Shown here one piece after another: positions 1 through 14,634 of a stretch of DNA of 64,000 nt. Source of the stretch: Octopus sinensis (Eukaryota). Below the pieces are notes generated by a model. The model was given only the letters and a program-made list of their open reading frames with translations, was not told the DNA's origin and ran no database searches. The first letter of the stretch is position 1; each line of letters opens with the position of its first letter. Where the stretch lies: NCBI RefSeq assembly GCF_006345805.1, contig NC_043004.1, forward strand, positions 96,596,001-96,660,000. Direction: 5' to 3'. A program made the translations under genes and the position numbers.

Positions 1-519
1 CTATATATGTATGTATGCATGTATGTGTGTATGCGTGTATGTGTATACATATATATATATATGCATGCATGTGTGTACGTTTATATGTATTTTGTATTTT
101 ATGTATTGTGAATGTATGCATATTCATGTGTTAATATTTGTTTGTTTGTATGTGTGTGTATTTGTGTGTGTACCATTGTCTCCTTGTGTGCACATGTCTG
201 AGAGTGTCTTTGTGCATGAATTTGTGTGACTACGTACGTGCATCTGTTATGTATGGGTGCGTTTCTCCATACGTGGCCTAGTGTGTGAAGTGTGCATGTG
301 TGCATATGGTCATGTGTTTCAGTCTTCATTTATGTATGAATGTGTGTATGTGTGTGTGCTTCTCTGTCCATATTACCTATGTACCTATCTATCTGTTTAC
401 TTACATATCCATTTACCTACACACACAGAAACACACATATATGTATATATACATCTACATAACAGTCTACTAAGAACTCTACCTGTGTATATATAAACTG
501 ACTACTTTCTACGTATATT

Positions 520-1560
520 TCCTATCGTATATTTCCCATTTAGTATTGGGGGTGTTTCATTTATGAGGACGTACTCCTGTATTTGTCTGAGTGTTGGGTC
601 CTTCAGGTGCTTGGATAAAATGTAGATGTCAAGTTAACTCAGAATGCCTTCATGTTGGTCTCTGGCATGTTAGTAGAGTATGGAGGACTGGTTTTTTTGT
701 AGTCATATTGTCTCAAATGTCCATTTAGTCACTCTTAATGCTTTTAGATGTCTCACCTATGTATATCGTGTTCTTGTCTTTACAGTAGAGTACATTTCTA
801 GTTCTACAGTTAAAGCCAGGCTTAATCTTACATACCATGTAGTTATCATTGGTGCATGTGGTATTCTCAAAGGGGTGCGTCATACGTAGTTGTGATCTGA
901 TGTAGCTCCTTGGCTTTTCAGCGATCTTAACGTCGAGTTTGGTATCCTTCAGAGATTTCTTAAATCTACGGGCTAGTTCTTCATGTGCTGTGACCTCTAC
1001 AAACGTCACTCTTTGATATTTGTCGGTGTTGTGCCACGTGTTCACCCTGTTTGCTTTGTCACAAACTCTTTGTATCCTATTCCCGTCTTTACTTCTATAT
1101 CTAGGACACTGGTTTCATTAAATATAATGCTATCTAACGTCTTTCTAGCTCCCCTGTATACCTGAACCCTATCTTTCTGGCCATATGCAGAGAATCGCAT
1201 GCGGTGCATGAAATTCTCTACATGTTTCTTCGTTTCACAGGGTTTGCATGGTGGGGACACGTTCTTCATTACCCTAACTAAGTCTGCTATCAGTATGTTG
1301 ATATTTATGTTGTGTGACAAAGCTGAGTTCTTGTGAAAAACATATATAGAAGCTATGAGTTTCATGCAATGGGAGTGGAAGAGCTGCACTCTGTTGTTCG
1401 CAGTCTCGAACCAAATTTCAGTATCAAGGACAGGGAGTCTATTGTTAGGGTGCATAGTGGGGGTAATCTATAGTTACCTTGTTACTTTGGTGGATGGAGT
1501 TCGCCAGGTGCTGGATGTTCTCCATTATGCATCCGGTTTTTGTACATTTACAGAGAATAC
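520..1560 (-). mobile_element. Penelope-like retroelement remnant (RT C-terminus + GIY-YIG endonuclease), frameshifted
   Basis: Minus ORF 1042-1455 has LPVLDTEIW...FHKNSALSHNININILIADLVR (PLE RT thumb-like). Minus ORF 725-1045 has C..C..CKIKPGFNCRTRNVLY...IYIGETSKSI (GIY-YIG motif). Confidence 0.8.
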
Positions 1561-1589
1561 CGAACTGCCTTACACAGGATCTTGTTTTT

Positions 1590-2323
1590 AGGAATTCCCA
1601 ATAAATTAGGAACACCCAAATTGTGAAGTCAGTTACGTAATAACATAAAATTAGTTACCCGATAGTAAGAATTCAAATAAAGTAGCCTCGAAAAGGCTTT
1701 AATACGTTACCAGAGTATGTAGAAAACAGGCGGAAATACTAATAAGGTATGCATATTAAATTCGTGAAGCATGTTACGTAATAACAGGCTAATCAAGATA
1801 AGAGATAATACCATTTCAAAGTAAATAACTCTGAAAAGGGCTTTTGTGCGTTCCCAGAGAATATTACCCTCAGGGGCGCTAGTATTAGTATATTCATGAA
1901 TAAGTTACTCACCGAAATAAGTGGATCTATTGTTTAGGGAAATAGTATTTACTTGTTTAAGGGTTGTACTATATCAATGGCGAAAATAACTCTAACACTT
2001 CAAATACTAAGAAATAAGCATACTCAATTTCATTTTTACCAAATAATTTAGGAAAATAATGGGTTATTTCCCTTGGTTATATATAAGGATCCCTTACAGG
2101 GGCGAATGGGTTGTTTCCCTTGGTTTTTAAAATAAAATATATTAGATATATAGGAGGATCCTTTCCAGGGGCGCTATTATCGATATTTTTCAACAATCTG
2201 AGTATACCATGAGGTTTCCAAACATGAGATCTACTCACGTTTCAAGTTTTTATCAAAATCGATAAAACGATGTAGGAGTTAGCTAGCAACTCCACAAACA
2301 CACCCAAAGACAGAAGATTCCCC

Positions 2324-2325
<2 letters not shown>
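1590..2325 (-). mobile_element. Unclassified repeat, possibly non-autonomous Helitron-like element
   Basis: Internal short repeats (AATGGGTTRTTTCCCTTGGTT x2; CAGGGGCG x3). The motif AAGTTTTTATCAAAATCGAT...GTAGGAG near 2245-2280 resembles non-autonomous Helitron subterminal sequence. Termini not defined. Confidence 0.3.
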
Positions 2326-2354
<29 letters not shown>

Positions 2355-2456
2355 TGTATGTATGTATGTATGTATGTATGTATGTATGTATGTATGTACG
2401 TACGTATGTATGTATGTATGTATGTATGTATGTATGTATGTATGTATGCATGTATG
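2325..2456. repeat. (TATG)n microsatellite
   Basis: Direct reading. Confidence 0.97.
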
Positions 2457-2656
2457 TTAATGTATATAAGGTTTGCAGCCACAGATGTGACGCTGTCATT
2501 CAGAGGCTGACGTCTCAATTATTTGCCCTTGGTTTCAATAACACTCTGGGGCACACAGGGCATGTTTCTTCTTTTACAGCTCCGTCTAGTCAAAGATTCA
2601 TAGTTAATTTAAGAAACAGAAGTTGAATGATATCTGATGGGTGTGTGTCTATCTCG

Positions 2657-2661
<5 letters not shown>

Positions 2662-2698
<37 letters not shown>

Positions 2699-2712
2699 TT
2701 GTCTATCTATCC

Positions 2713-2793
<81 letters not shown>

Positions 2794-2820
2794 CCAATTG
2801 ATCTACCTGTCTGTCTGTCT
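2662..2820. repeat. (CT)n + (ATCT)n compound microsatellite
   Basis: Direct reading. Confidence 0.97.
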
Positions 2821-3279
2821 ATACACACAACACACACACATATAAATATTTGTATATATGTATATATCGATCTGTAGACTATTCTTAAATTACATACATC
2901 ATTGAAAGCTTGAGAAACTATGGTATTCATGTTGACAAAGCATCTCATGCAGCAGTGATGGCAGAATTTGCTAAATACATATTTCTACCATATGGAACTT
3001 CATCAGTAGCATACATCCACTGGCAATTGCATGCTAAGACAAAATCAGCTGCCACTGTTACAGCAAAAATAGTGAAAGTCACCAATATCATAATTACTTG
3101 GTAAACTCAATAAAAATTCGTTATGAATGTCAGACACAGTTTTTGTTGAAAATACTAATCTGTGTGTTATACTTGAAGCATATTTACTGCTGAAAGCCTG
3201 ATAAACTCTCTTATTTATCTTGACAAAGCATTTATCACTTATGGACACATACTGTTAAAAAACACAGAAATATATTTGA

Positions 3280-3460
3280 TTAGAACACAAAAATATTATC
3301 CAGTGGTAGCGCTAGCAGCATTGTTAAATATGTATTTCTGCTTCTTTGGGATCTATCAGTGGCAATATCCTATAGCAAGCTCCACTGGATCCAAGCATGC
3401 AAGCTGAATGTGTAGTGGCATGACGAACATTGAAGCTGAGGACAGTTTTATTGAATAAAC
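3280..3460 (+). pseudogene. Possible decayed hAT transposase C-terminal dimerisation-domain fragment
   Basis: KYYPVVALAALL then, after a frameshift, CISASLGSISGNIL*QAPLDP; resembles hATC YPxLxxxA...SAxxERxFSxxGxI...RxxL. Heavily degraded. Confidence 0.3.
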
Positions 3461-3595
3461 TGTTTCTTTAATATATCTACTTGAATATTTTCCCCAAAAC
3501 ATTGTTTTCTATCATATTTTTATCCATTTATTATCTTTGTTTTTCGTTACATCATATTTTTTTCTCAATTACCTGATGCACACACTATGAGCATC

Positions 3596-3659
<64 letters not shown>

Positions 3660-4254
3660 TTCTGTGTGTTTGCCTGTGTGTGTATGTGCGTGTGTGTGAG
3701 CATGCATTTAAGTGTGCAGCCTATTTTCATGTGAACTGAGCCCATTTGTGCAATAAAAAACATGCAATAATCATTTTTGCTCTTTCTTTGAAACACCTAA
3801 CAGCAAATTTGAGAAGGGATATATAATGAAAAATAATATGGACAGGAGAAAAAAAATATGAAAAAAAATAACAGAAATTTACTTGGCCTTCCATTAACCC
3901 TAAAAACACTACAAAAGGATAGTTACTTCTGTCAGTTCTCACATTATAAGTAGAAACCCTTTTTATATAAGTGAGGAAACAGATAATGAGGAAAATAACA
4001 ACAGAAATAATAATAACAAACGATATGTAGTCAATAAACGTCATATATGTACATATGATGCACACTTAAAGCATGTATGTGGCAGTAACAATAAGCAGAT
4101 TTATCATGCACAGAAACACACATCCAATATTTGTGCGGTGTGCGGGGGAAATGACAAAAAATTTCCACATCATATTTCCAACACCCAATATATGTGTTCA
4201 TTATATATGTCCATATGTTCATAATCTGCAGTGGCAAATGAGTATTGTTCGAAG

Positions 4255-4274
4255 ATAATAATAATAATAATAAT

Positions 4275-4368
<94 letters not shown>

Positions 4369-4390
4369 GTAATAATGATAAAAATAATAA
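4255..4390. repeat. (ATA)n microsatellite
   Basis: Direct reading. Confidence 0.97.
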
Positions 4391-4668
4391 TGGCTTATAA
4401 AAATATTTCCTTTATTTGCTATGAGGGCTTGAAGAGTTAAAACATGCAAAACTTTTACAAGAGTTACAAAGAGATAAATGATAAGGTGGAGTGTGAAAAA
4501 AAGGAGAAAAAATATATTTTTGATTTTAAAAAAAAACTGGATAGGAACATGATATAAGGAAGGATACTTAAAAAATTTTAAAGGTGCCGACACATGCATA
4601 TATATATATGTATATATAATATATATATATATCTATATATATATATATATATATAATATATATATATA

Positions 4669-5540
4669 TCTTTATATATAAAACTGAGAAGGTGTTGTCA
4701 GTCTGTCTGTGTGTTCCCTAAAACTTGAGAACTACACAACCAATTTTATTCAAATGTTACACATGCCTTACTTAGGGTCCGGAGAGCGTCATCGGCAAAA
4801 ATGTTAACTTTTTGCCTAGGGCGAGCCCACAGCAATATCATATCTTCTCCAATACGATTCCCTAAAACTTGGGAAGTACACAACCAATTTCATTCAAATT
4901 TTACACATGCCTTACTTAGAGTCCATGTAATTTCATGGGCAAAATAAAAAAAGTTCAACTTCTTGACTAGAGCGAGCCCATAGCAATATCATATCTTCTC
5001 CACTATTTCAGTATTACGTGTTAAAAGTGAAACAGAAATATTTCTCTTTTTTATGTCAGATGCTTTCACTTTAACAATAAAAATAATAATAACAATTGAA
5101 TTACATGTAGTAAGTAATATTAAAATCAAACTAAAGTATATATAATCGTAACTAACAAAACTAAAAAATAGCAATTGGTATAAAATTGCATCAATGATTT
5201 GAACTTGAGTAAGTGGTTTCACATGAATGGGAATAAATTAAAATTAAAATTAGCGTGCAGAAATGGAATAGTCCAGATGGATAATAAAAAATTAAATTGA
5301 ATAAAGACTATTGTCTATAAAGTATACAATGTAGAGAAAAAAGAATAGCTAACAATTCCAGTCTGTTATATATTTTGAGTATTGTTATCACTAGCGATAT
5401 CAAGATATAACTTTGTATTTTGCATTTTATGTGTAGATGTATATATATATATAGATGTACATGTAATATGTACACATATATATACACATATATACATGCA
5501 CTAGCACTATGACCCGGCAACGACGGGTCTTTAATGCTCG

Positions 5541-5541
<1 letters not shown>
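4669..5541 (+). mobile_element. Non-autonomous Helitron-like element
   Basis: 5' TCTTTATATATAAAA followed by a GTCT-type tract. Internal ~145 bp direct duplication (about 4717-4855 / 4860-5005). 3' hairpin GACCCG-GCAACGA-CGGGTC followed by GCTCGT (one mismatch from CTAG-T). Flanked by (TA)n. Confidence 0.55.
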
Positions 5542-5580
<39 letters not shown>

Positions 5581-5631
5581 GTGTTTGTGTGTGTGTGTGT
5601 GTGTGTATTTATGTATATATATATATATATT

Positions 5632-5817
5632 TAATATAATATGCGACAATTATTCAGTTGCCATCAAAAAATTCGAGTTTCAGATATCAAAACAGAAACC
5701 TGCACCAGCATCTCGTCAGTCATCAAGGCAAAGAGATACTGCTGCAGGTTTCTGCCCCGATATCCAAAACTCGGAGTCTTATGATGGCAAATGAATAATT
5801 GTCACATATTATATTAC
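5632..5817. repeat. ~185 bp imperfect palindrome (fold-back element)
   Basis: TAATATAATATGCGACAATTATTCAGTTGCCATCA...CAGAAACCTGCA pairs with TGCAGGTTTCTG...TGATGGCAAATGAATAATTGTCACATATTATATTA. Confidence 0.85.
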
Positions 5818-6036
5818 AAATAAATTCCTCTATCAACATAATATCGAGGTCTCTTTCATTCTTCTGTTGTCTTACCATTGCTATTAAAATATATATATAT
5901 ATATACAAATTGAGATAGGGGTTGTAAATGCAACCCTCCATGGGATACTTTTTTATGTACATTCCTTTATGTACACTGATTGTTCTGCTTTTTTATGTTT
6001 AACCCTACAGTCTCTATGTGGTGGTTTAATAAAGTA

Positions 6037-6110
<74 letters not shown>

Positions 6111-6112
<2 letters not shown>

Positions 6113-6304
6113 GGAGTAAAAATAAATATGAAACAAGGTGGAAAAAAGAGTATTCAAATACAGTGGTAGAGTAATATGCTTTATTTAAAGCAGCAGAAAA
6201 ATTCCACAAAACCTGTTACTCTGAGTTCGCGTTGCCATTCGTCGGACAGTTTTTGCTAGAATAGAACCGATATCGGTTTTTCTGCTGCTTTAATAAAAGT
6301 ATTA
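6111..6304 (-). mobile_element. Short Penelope-like terminal-repeat fragment with degenerate hammerhead motif, between (TA)n tracts
   Basis: Minus 6249-6213 reads ctgt-CCGACGA-atggcaacgc-GAA-ctcagag-TA-acag. Flanked by inverted arms TAAAGCAGCAGAAAAA / TTTTTCTGCTGCTTTA. Confidence 0.5.
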
Positions 6305-6311
6305 TATATAT

Positions 6312-6385
<74 letters not shown>

Positions 6386-7739
6386 GGGAAGCATTATGAC
6401 CATATTTTGAGAAGAATTCTCTGGAGTTTGAATAATTCATCTATGGAAAATGGGTGTTTTGTACATCATCCTTAAAAAATCATTCTTCAGGGACCGTTTG
6501 AGTATGATGGGCTACTCAGCCTTAAGAAAATTCTAACTGAGCCTCACCTGCAAGGTCATGTGTTGTTTATCTTTATATGAGATCACTATGTCATGCACAT
6601 GTGGCCGTAATGCATGCACTATGTATATCCTTATCAGACATGTAGTCATGATGCATGTATTAAGCTCTGTATATTTGTACCCCAGTATCACTTTGATGGC
6701 ATATGTTGCTCTCCACTCAATAATTATAATTAATATTGGTTTTAATTTGGGCAGAAAGCAAGCAACTTTTAAGGGGAGAGGTACAGTTGTTCAGATTAAC
6801 ATTGGTACATTACTGGCATTGTTGATTTTAAGGAAATTTGAAATCAAACTAAAAAGAAAAAGCGATTTTTCTGACACTATAGTTCCTGGCAGCTCATTGA
6901 TTCTAATTGTTTTAATTAGGCATAGAGCAAGCTATTTTTGAGGGTAAGTGTTATTTGATTCAAATAAGGTGAAGGGCAATGTTTACCTTGGAAGGATTTG
7001 AACTCGGAATACAAAAAAGCAAAAAACAAAAAATAAACATGGCATTTCCTTTGACAATATAACAAAGAAAAATAGGTTAGATAATGATGATAATTATGAT
7101 AAAAGCAGGAAATAAACAAAATATAATTTCAAAAAATGGTAAATGGTAACAAAAGTCTACAAACATGATGGTTAATGTGTAAAAGCAACAGTAGCACAGA
7201 AAAGAAAGAACCGTCAAAAGATTTTAGTTGAAATATTCTGGAAAGAAGCCTGAATTGGTGAAAAACATTTTCCCTCTAAAGACTTGAAAGAAATTTGGCA
7301 AAAAAGATGAAATAAATATACAATATATTCTGAGATTATATTTAAATTTGTTTTCTTTATTTAAATGCTTTTTATACGATTTTAAAAATTTCGTCTGATT
7401 TCCACTGTTTCTCTTCTTTGTAAGTCTTTTTATGTTTATCTTTTTATGTGGTTGTTTTATATCTTAAATGTATATATGCATTTGTTACACATACACACAC
7501 ACAAACACAAAGAAAGAGAGAGCGAGAGAAACAGACAGAGGGAGAAATATTATAATATTTATATGTGCATAGAAATACACACATACACAGACATACACAT
7601 TCAAACACACACAATTGCAAACATACACGCATATATGAAGAAATGTATAAATATATTTATATATATATATATGTACATCATTTATACAAATTTCCTATTT
7701 ACATATTTACAATTTTAGACATGTAATACATTAGTATTA

Positions 7740-8520
7740 AACTACACACACACACAGAGATATGTATGTAGGTATACATAGACGCTCTACAAATATATAT
7801 ACATATATATATATATATATAAACAAAAATAATATATATATATATGTACATAGACAAATATATATACACACACACACACAAATATATCTATGAGTGTACA
7901 TACACACACATACACATAAATATATATATATATATATAAACAAAAATAATATAAATATATGTACATAGACAAACATACACACACACACACCACACACACA
8001 GATATGTATGTAGGTATACATATACCCTCTACAAATATATATACATATATATATATATATACGCACAAAAAAATATATGTATGAGTGTACATACACACAC
8101 ACATACACATAAATATATATATATATATAAACAAAAATAATATATATATATATGTACATAGACAAATATATATATATACACACACACACACAAATATATC
8201 TATGAGTGTACATACACACACATACACATATATATATATAAACAAAAATAATATATATATGTACATAGACAAATATATATATATACACACACACACACAA
8301 ATATATCTATGAGTGTACATACACACACATACACATATATATATATAAACAAAAATAATATATATATATATGTACATAGACAAATATATTAATATACACA
8401 CACACACAAATATATCTATGAGTGTACATACACACACATACAAATATATATATATATATATATATCAACAAAAATAATATATAAATATATGTACATAGAC
8501 AAACACACACACACACACAC
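7740..8520. repeat. Higher-order minisatellite, ~105-110 bp unit built from TA/CA tracts, about 7 copies
   Basis: Recurring anchors AAACAAAAATAAT, TGTACATAGACAAA, ATCTATGAGTGTACATAC. Confidence 0.9.
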
Positions 8521-9138
8521 ACGTACAAAGATTCTTTTTTTGCATCGCTTTTTTTCTTATTATTCCAGTCTGAAGTTTGTTATCTTAATAACTAGTATTT
8601 CAAATCTTCTGTGTTGGAAGGTCATGGGTTCATCGAGTGCAGCACACTGCAAAACCAGATTACATGCAAATGTTTGTACAGGAAATAGATGTTCAGTTGC
8701 TTTTGTCGACTGCAACAATCGTCCAATTTTAACCCTTTGCCAAAATTTCAGAAAGCATTATTGCATAATACTGCTTGCCTCCATTGGAAATTATGGATCT
8801 GGAAATGTAGATGTTGAAGTGGTGATGAAGATAAGAGATATTCAGTGATGTATCTATTACATAGTAAAAACTTCTTGTAAGATGCTGTATGTGATTAGAT
8901 TTTTATAGACAGAGTTCATGTATGTAGGTATGTATATATATATATATATATACTTAATCAGCCGAGATTGCGAGGATGATCCGGTTCTTGACTGAAGATT
9001 GAAGGCTTCTATTATCCCGCCCATGTTTTTTGTATCGTCTTCTAAATGTTTGCATTCTTGTCCCTGTATTTTTTTACATATACATATATATATATATATA
9101 TACATACTACACACACACACACCACATACACATACATA

Positions 9139-9192
<54 letters not shown>

Positions 9193-9194
9193 AC

Positions 9195-9292
9195 TGTTGT
9201 GTTTGGGGAGAGTCATTTTCTTTTTGTGCCTTATATTTAACACATTTAAATCATAAGGCACAAAAATAAAATGACTCTCCCCAGACACAACA
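9195..9292. repeat. ~97 bp palindrome
   Basis: TGTTGTGTTTGGGGAGAGTCATTTTCTTTTTGTGCCTTA ... TAAGGCACAAAAATAAAATGACTCTCCCCAGACACAACA. Confidence 0.9.
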
Positions 9293-9349
9293 GAATATGC
9301 TTCAACACATGAACTCACATAAAAAATCTTGTAAACCAAATCCCCAAAC

Positions 9350-9388
<39 letters not shown>

Positions 9389-9457
9389 CATGTATATGCG
9401 ATAAGATTTTTGTTGATGGAATCCATGTATGTAGGTATGTATGTATATATCAATAAC

Positions 9458-9620
9458 ATTGGGCCTCACCAAGGCGATGACAAATGACTGAAACCTTTGG
9501 AGATATGCTGTGCTTGAGAAGACCCATCAAGCCAAGTGAGACCGTAACCGTGTCCTATGCGAGTGCGGCATAACCAGCCCATTTACGAGTACCCTTCAAT
9601 CATTGGGCAATAAACTGCTG
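9458..9620 (+). mobile_element. RTE-type LINE 3' end fragment
   Basis: LGLTKAMTND*NLWRYAVLEKTHQAK*; homologous to the fragment at 32048-32240. Confidence 0.6.
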
Positions 9621-9870
9621 TTGAATTACATTTGTAATTTCAAAGTCTCGTTTTGTCATACACGCAGCAACATGGTTATTGCATCTTTGGATTAAGCTAA
9701 GGGTGTAGGTGTCACAGCAGTATTCAGTTACTTATCTATTCAATAGACAAGCATTTCAGTGTCTCAAACAATTGAATGTTCATTAATGAAACTAATGAAG
9801 ACCCATTTATTTTGTTTATATGAGTGTTTGTGTTTATGTGGATATTTTATGCATAGACACACATATTTAT

Positions 9871-10263
9871 TCTTTTACTCTTTTACTCTTTTACTTGTTT
9901 CAGTAATTTGACTGCGGCCATGCTGGAGCACCGCCTTCAATCGAGCAACTCGACCCCGGGACTTATTCTTTTTGTAAGCCCAGTACTTATTCTATCGGTC
10001 TCTTTTGTCGAACCGCTATAACGGGGACATAAACACACCAGCATCATTGTCAAGCAAACTAGGGGGCATACAGACACAAACCACATAGAATATATACATT
10101 ATACGACAGGCTTCTTTCAGTTTCCGTCTACCAAATCCACTCACAAGGCATTGGTCGGCCTGGGGCTATAGCAGAAGACACTTGCCCAAGATGCCACGCA
10201 GTGGGACTGAACCCGGAACCATGTGGTTGGTTAGCAAGCTACTTACCACACAGCCACTCCTGC
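9871..10263 (-). mobile_element. tRNA-derived SINE (family A), full length
   Basis: Minus-strand head GCAGGAGTGGCTGTGTGGTAAG (A-box-like)...GGTTCAGTCCC (B-box-like), internal microsatellite slot, (GAGTAAAA)n tail; many related copies in the window. Confidence 0.9.
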
Positions 10264-10271
10264 AGATAAAT

Positions 10272-10635
10272 ATCATCATCATCATCGTTTAATGTCTGTT
10301 TTCCATGCTGGCATGGGTTGGACGGTTCGACTGGGGTCTGGAAAGCCAGAAGGCTGCACCAGGCTCCAGTCTGATCTGGCAGTGTTTCTACAACTGGATG
10401 CTCTTCCTGACTCCAACCATTCCGTGAGTGTAGTGGGTGCTTTTTACGTGCCACTGGCATGGTTATCACAACTACAATATCCATTTTATTTTTATTTTTA
10501 TTTTGATGTAGTTGACTCAATAGGTCTCCTCAAGCACAACAGGTCACCCTACGATCCAAGGTTAGCACAGCAGGCCATCCTGCGAGCCATGAACTCACTT
10601 CATTTGTCGAGTCTTCGTAGTCACAGCATATCTCC
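10272..10635 (-). mobile_element. RTE-tail SINE/LINE 3' fragment (family B)
   Basis: Shared tail ...CCAACCCATGCCAGCATGGAAA..CGTTAAACGATGATGATG on the minus strand; multiple copies in the window. Confidence 0.8.
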
Positions 10636-10866
10636 ATATATATATAGATATATATATATATATATATATTGTACACACACACACATATCTATATATTATA
10701 TAATATATATAATATATATATATATGTACACACCACAAACACACACACATATATAATATATATATATATAATATATATGTAGGTTGTATATATATATATT
10801 ATCTATATATATATATTATAATATATATATATAGACCTATATATAAATATTTTTTCTTTTATATAG

Positions 10867-10898
<32 letters not shown>

Positions 10899-11329
10899 TA
10901 TATTTATGCATGCATTTGTATACATAGGTATTTATCTTAACTGTTCTTTTTAGAAAGTATAAACTGCTTCATTCTCATGAGCGTAAGCAAACTCACATCT
11001 CTGTAAAATGCACCTATATCCATTTGTAATCCTGGAAACAGTTATTTGCTCCAAGCTACCCAGACACCTACTGAAGAAAACACATACATGTGCACAAACA
11101 TGCACACATGCACATGCATACACATACACATACATAAATGCATGCACACAAACATACATACATACATACAAATATATTCATAGATACTTATCTATACAGT
11201 GTTATATTTTTCTCACCAATTCATTTGTTATCTTGCTCAGAATATGCGAATGTGCACACAAACATACACGCACCTAGATACTCAATACGTCTAAGTGCAG
11301 TGCTTGCATGTATATTAATATATATATAT

Positions 11330-11412
11330 ATAATATATGTATGTATGTATGTATGTATATGTGTGTGTGCACATTGTCTTAGTATTTTATATATACATAT
11401 ATATATACATAT

Positions 11413-11447
<35 letters not shown>

Positions 11448-11556
11448 AGCATGTATATGTGTATGTATGTATATGTGTGTGTGTACATTGTCATAGTATT
11501 TTATATATATATATACATACATGCATATATACATACATACATACATACATAGATAC

Positions 11557-11601
<45 letters not shown>

Positions 11602-11940
11602 CATGTATGTGTGTATGTATGTATATGTGTGTGTGTACATTGTCATAGTATTTTATATATACATATATATATATATTATAAGCATGTAATGTATGTGGTA
11701 TGTATATGTGTGGTGTTTACATTGTCATAGTATTTTATATATACATATAATATATATATAATAGAATAAGCATGCATGTGTATGTATGTATATGTGTGTG
11801 TGTACATTGTCATAGTATTTTATATATATATATATAACATACTGCATTATACTACATACATACATGATACATAACATACATATATATATTATGATATATA
11901 TATATATATATATATAAGCATGTATGTGTGTATGCATATA
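11330..11940. repeat. Compound minisatellite, variable-length unit, about 5 copies
   Basis: Recurring AAGCATGTATG...GTACATTGTCATAGTATTTTATA. Confidence 0.85.
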
Positions 11941-14467
11941 TAAATTTTATATACATACACACCCCAACGCAACACATGCATACACATAACCAGCTATACG
12001 TATTTCAATATTATTTACTAGTTGCAATATCTTAAGTAGAAAAACAAACGCAGAGTGTAATTGTAAAATGTTCCTATCTTATAATATAACCTTTTCTACT
12101 TTCTCCATTGTGCATTTCAACTTGGGCTTTCTTTCTTTCTTCTTTCTCTCTTTGTATCCTATATTTACATAATTGATAACTAGCAACGTCATTGAAAAAT
12201 TACTTGAGATTTTCACACATATATGCACATGTATGAATGCACACATCCACCCATATGTGTACGTGTATATATATATATATAATAATATTATATATATATA
12301 TATATATAATTATATATATATGTAAGTGTGTGTGTGTATAGTATAATTATATAACTTACACAATGCTCAAAGTATATACACACAATTTTGAATATGGGCA
12401 TTCAACACAAATATGCACTCGTACGTAGATACTTAGGTAGTATACAACACATACTCACTTTGCTATTAGGGAAGGCAAACAAATACTTTACTGAGATACA
12501 TGCTCAAATATATACTCCTGAAGTAACATAATGCATACAAAATACACGTACAAAATTTTCACACACATACTTGCATATAAATACACAATTGTACACACAC
12601 ACACACATGGATGCACACTATACAAGCAAGTATACAAAAGAACAAGAATCAATACGTAATCACACAAGCAGACACATGAAGCTTCAATTTCCCAATTATA
12701 CGCATACACAATTACATGCATTTTGATTTATACACACACTCACATGAATACACAATTGCTACCACTTGTATACGTGTGCACATCTAGACTGACACATCCA
12801 CGCAAACGCCTACATATACATGCACACGCACATACATACAAATGGGTTGTTTTCATATGCACACATACACAAGCACACCCTTGTACACAATAAATAACAT
12901 TTATATGCATAAAAATCCGCAACATGAGTTGTGCTTATACACACGTATATACACCGTCATATACATACCTAGTCTCAAACACATGCAATTCATACATGCA
13001 CATATTTGTATCCACAATGATAAACCACCATTCATATATACACACACAGTCAATTGCAACTTAAATTGTTCATATTCACTCATACAATAACTACTTCTCA
13101 CAGACATAATATCCGAAGACAAATATGTAAATATACATGCAGAGAGAAAAATGATATTAAAGACATTTAATATTGTTTCTTTGGCTCTCAATTTCTTGTC
13201 TAATTCAATAATATTGGATATCTTTCCTCTGTCTTTCTTAATCACTATATAGGTTTTCATCACTCCCTCTTTTTACTCTCTCTCTCTCTTTCTCTTCTTT
13301 CTCACCCTTATTCTTCCTTTTCTCTCTACCTACACCATTTTCTCTGGCAGATATTAACCAACATATGTTTATCCAATTGTTTGGTGTTCTCATCAAATAC
13401 ACTGCTCTTTCCTCATTTATTCTAACCCTGACATGAACTTTTAGTAAGATACTAAGGTCAATGAAATGGAGACAATCACCATTTTAGTCTGACATCTTTT
13501 CATCCCTTCCCTGTCCCCCCATCACAAACCTTCTCACCGCACCCACCACCTCCACCTTGCTTTCCACTGACGATTGTCAGTTTACAGATGTAAAAATGGT
13601 GGACATTGTAAAATATATTAATCAACACATAATTGACACTTGAAATGATACACAGCAGTTTGCTTTTCCTTTTTTCTCTTTCTATCTTTCTTTATTTGAT
13701 TCTCCTGTAATGTATATATATTTTTGTCCAATTTTTATCGTATTATATTTTATATAGAATATAGTTGGGGTGGTGCTAGTGGTGATGTAAATGCTATTTT
13801 TCTCTCTTCTTTAACTGTTAATTTTTAATTTTTTTCCTTTTTTCTTGTATTTTCTGGGGCAATTATTCTGACATTCCGTCACTTGCGATCTGCCAATGTA
13901 GTTCTGCAATGCAGTCTTACAAGTTTGAGTTTTAATTAACATTTGGCAATCTAATTTTACGTTTCATTTATTTATTTGTTTGTTTCATTTCATTTCTATT
14001 ATGCTAGTGTTCTATAGTCTTTCATTTGTAAAAGTCAAGATTTCATTATTTTCACCATAACAAGTTCCATTACTTCGGCCTACAGTTACCATCATCAGTA
14101 TCATTACCTCCATATTCACAACTTGCCACTGGGAGAGGTTCTGCATGATAACTGTTCAACTCGATCTAACAAGCTTTCGAATTGCCCTCAAATATCACTC
14201 TTTGGTAGCTTTATCAAAACAAGCAGGGACTCCCTGAGTAGTGGAAGGAAGCAATGACAGAACCAAAAGTTGGTCATTAGTAGTTGTGGTAAGAAAAAGC
14301 TTATTGAGACATTAAATTATCCTCAGGCTGGAGACCTGTTTCAAATGTTTGCGATAGAATGGACTCTTCTGAAAATACAGACAGGTGCTATTGTTAAAAA
14401 GGTTATTAATTAAGTCTTATTTTCTTTCTTTTTCTTAATTATATTGCCACAGAAAAAGAAAAATAGA

Positions 14468-14633
14468 CATACATACGTACATATGTATGTACGTACATAT
14501 ATTCATGCATACATACATACATACATACATGCATACATACAGGAATACATACATACATACATACATACATACATACATACATACATACATACATACATAC
14601 ATACATACATACATACATACATACATACATACA
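14468..14633. repeat. (CATA)n microsatellite
   Basis: Direct reading. Confidence 0.97.
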
Positions 14634-14634
14634 T

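Noticed and set aside
13335-14100. Repeat-poor segment after a strong acceptor TTTTCTCTGGCAG, possible terminal exon or UTR
   Set aside because: All frames close quickly; no independent support.
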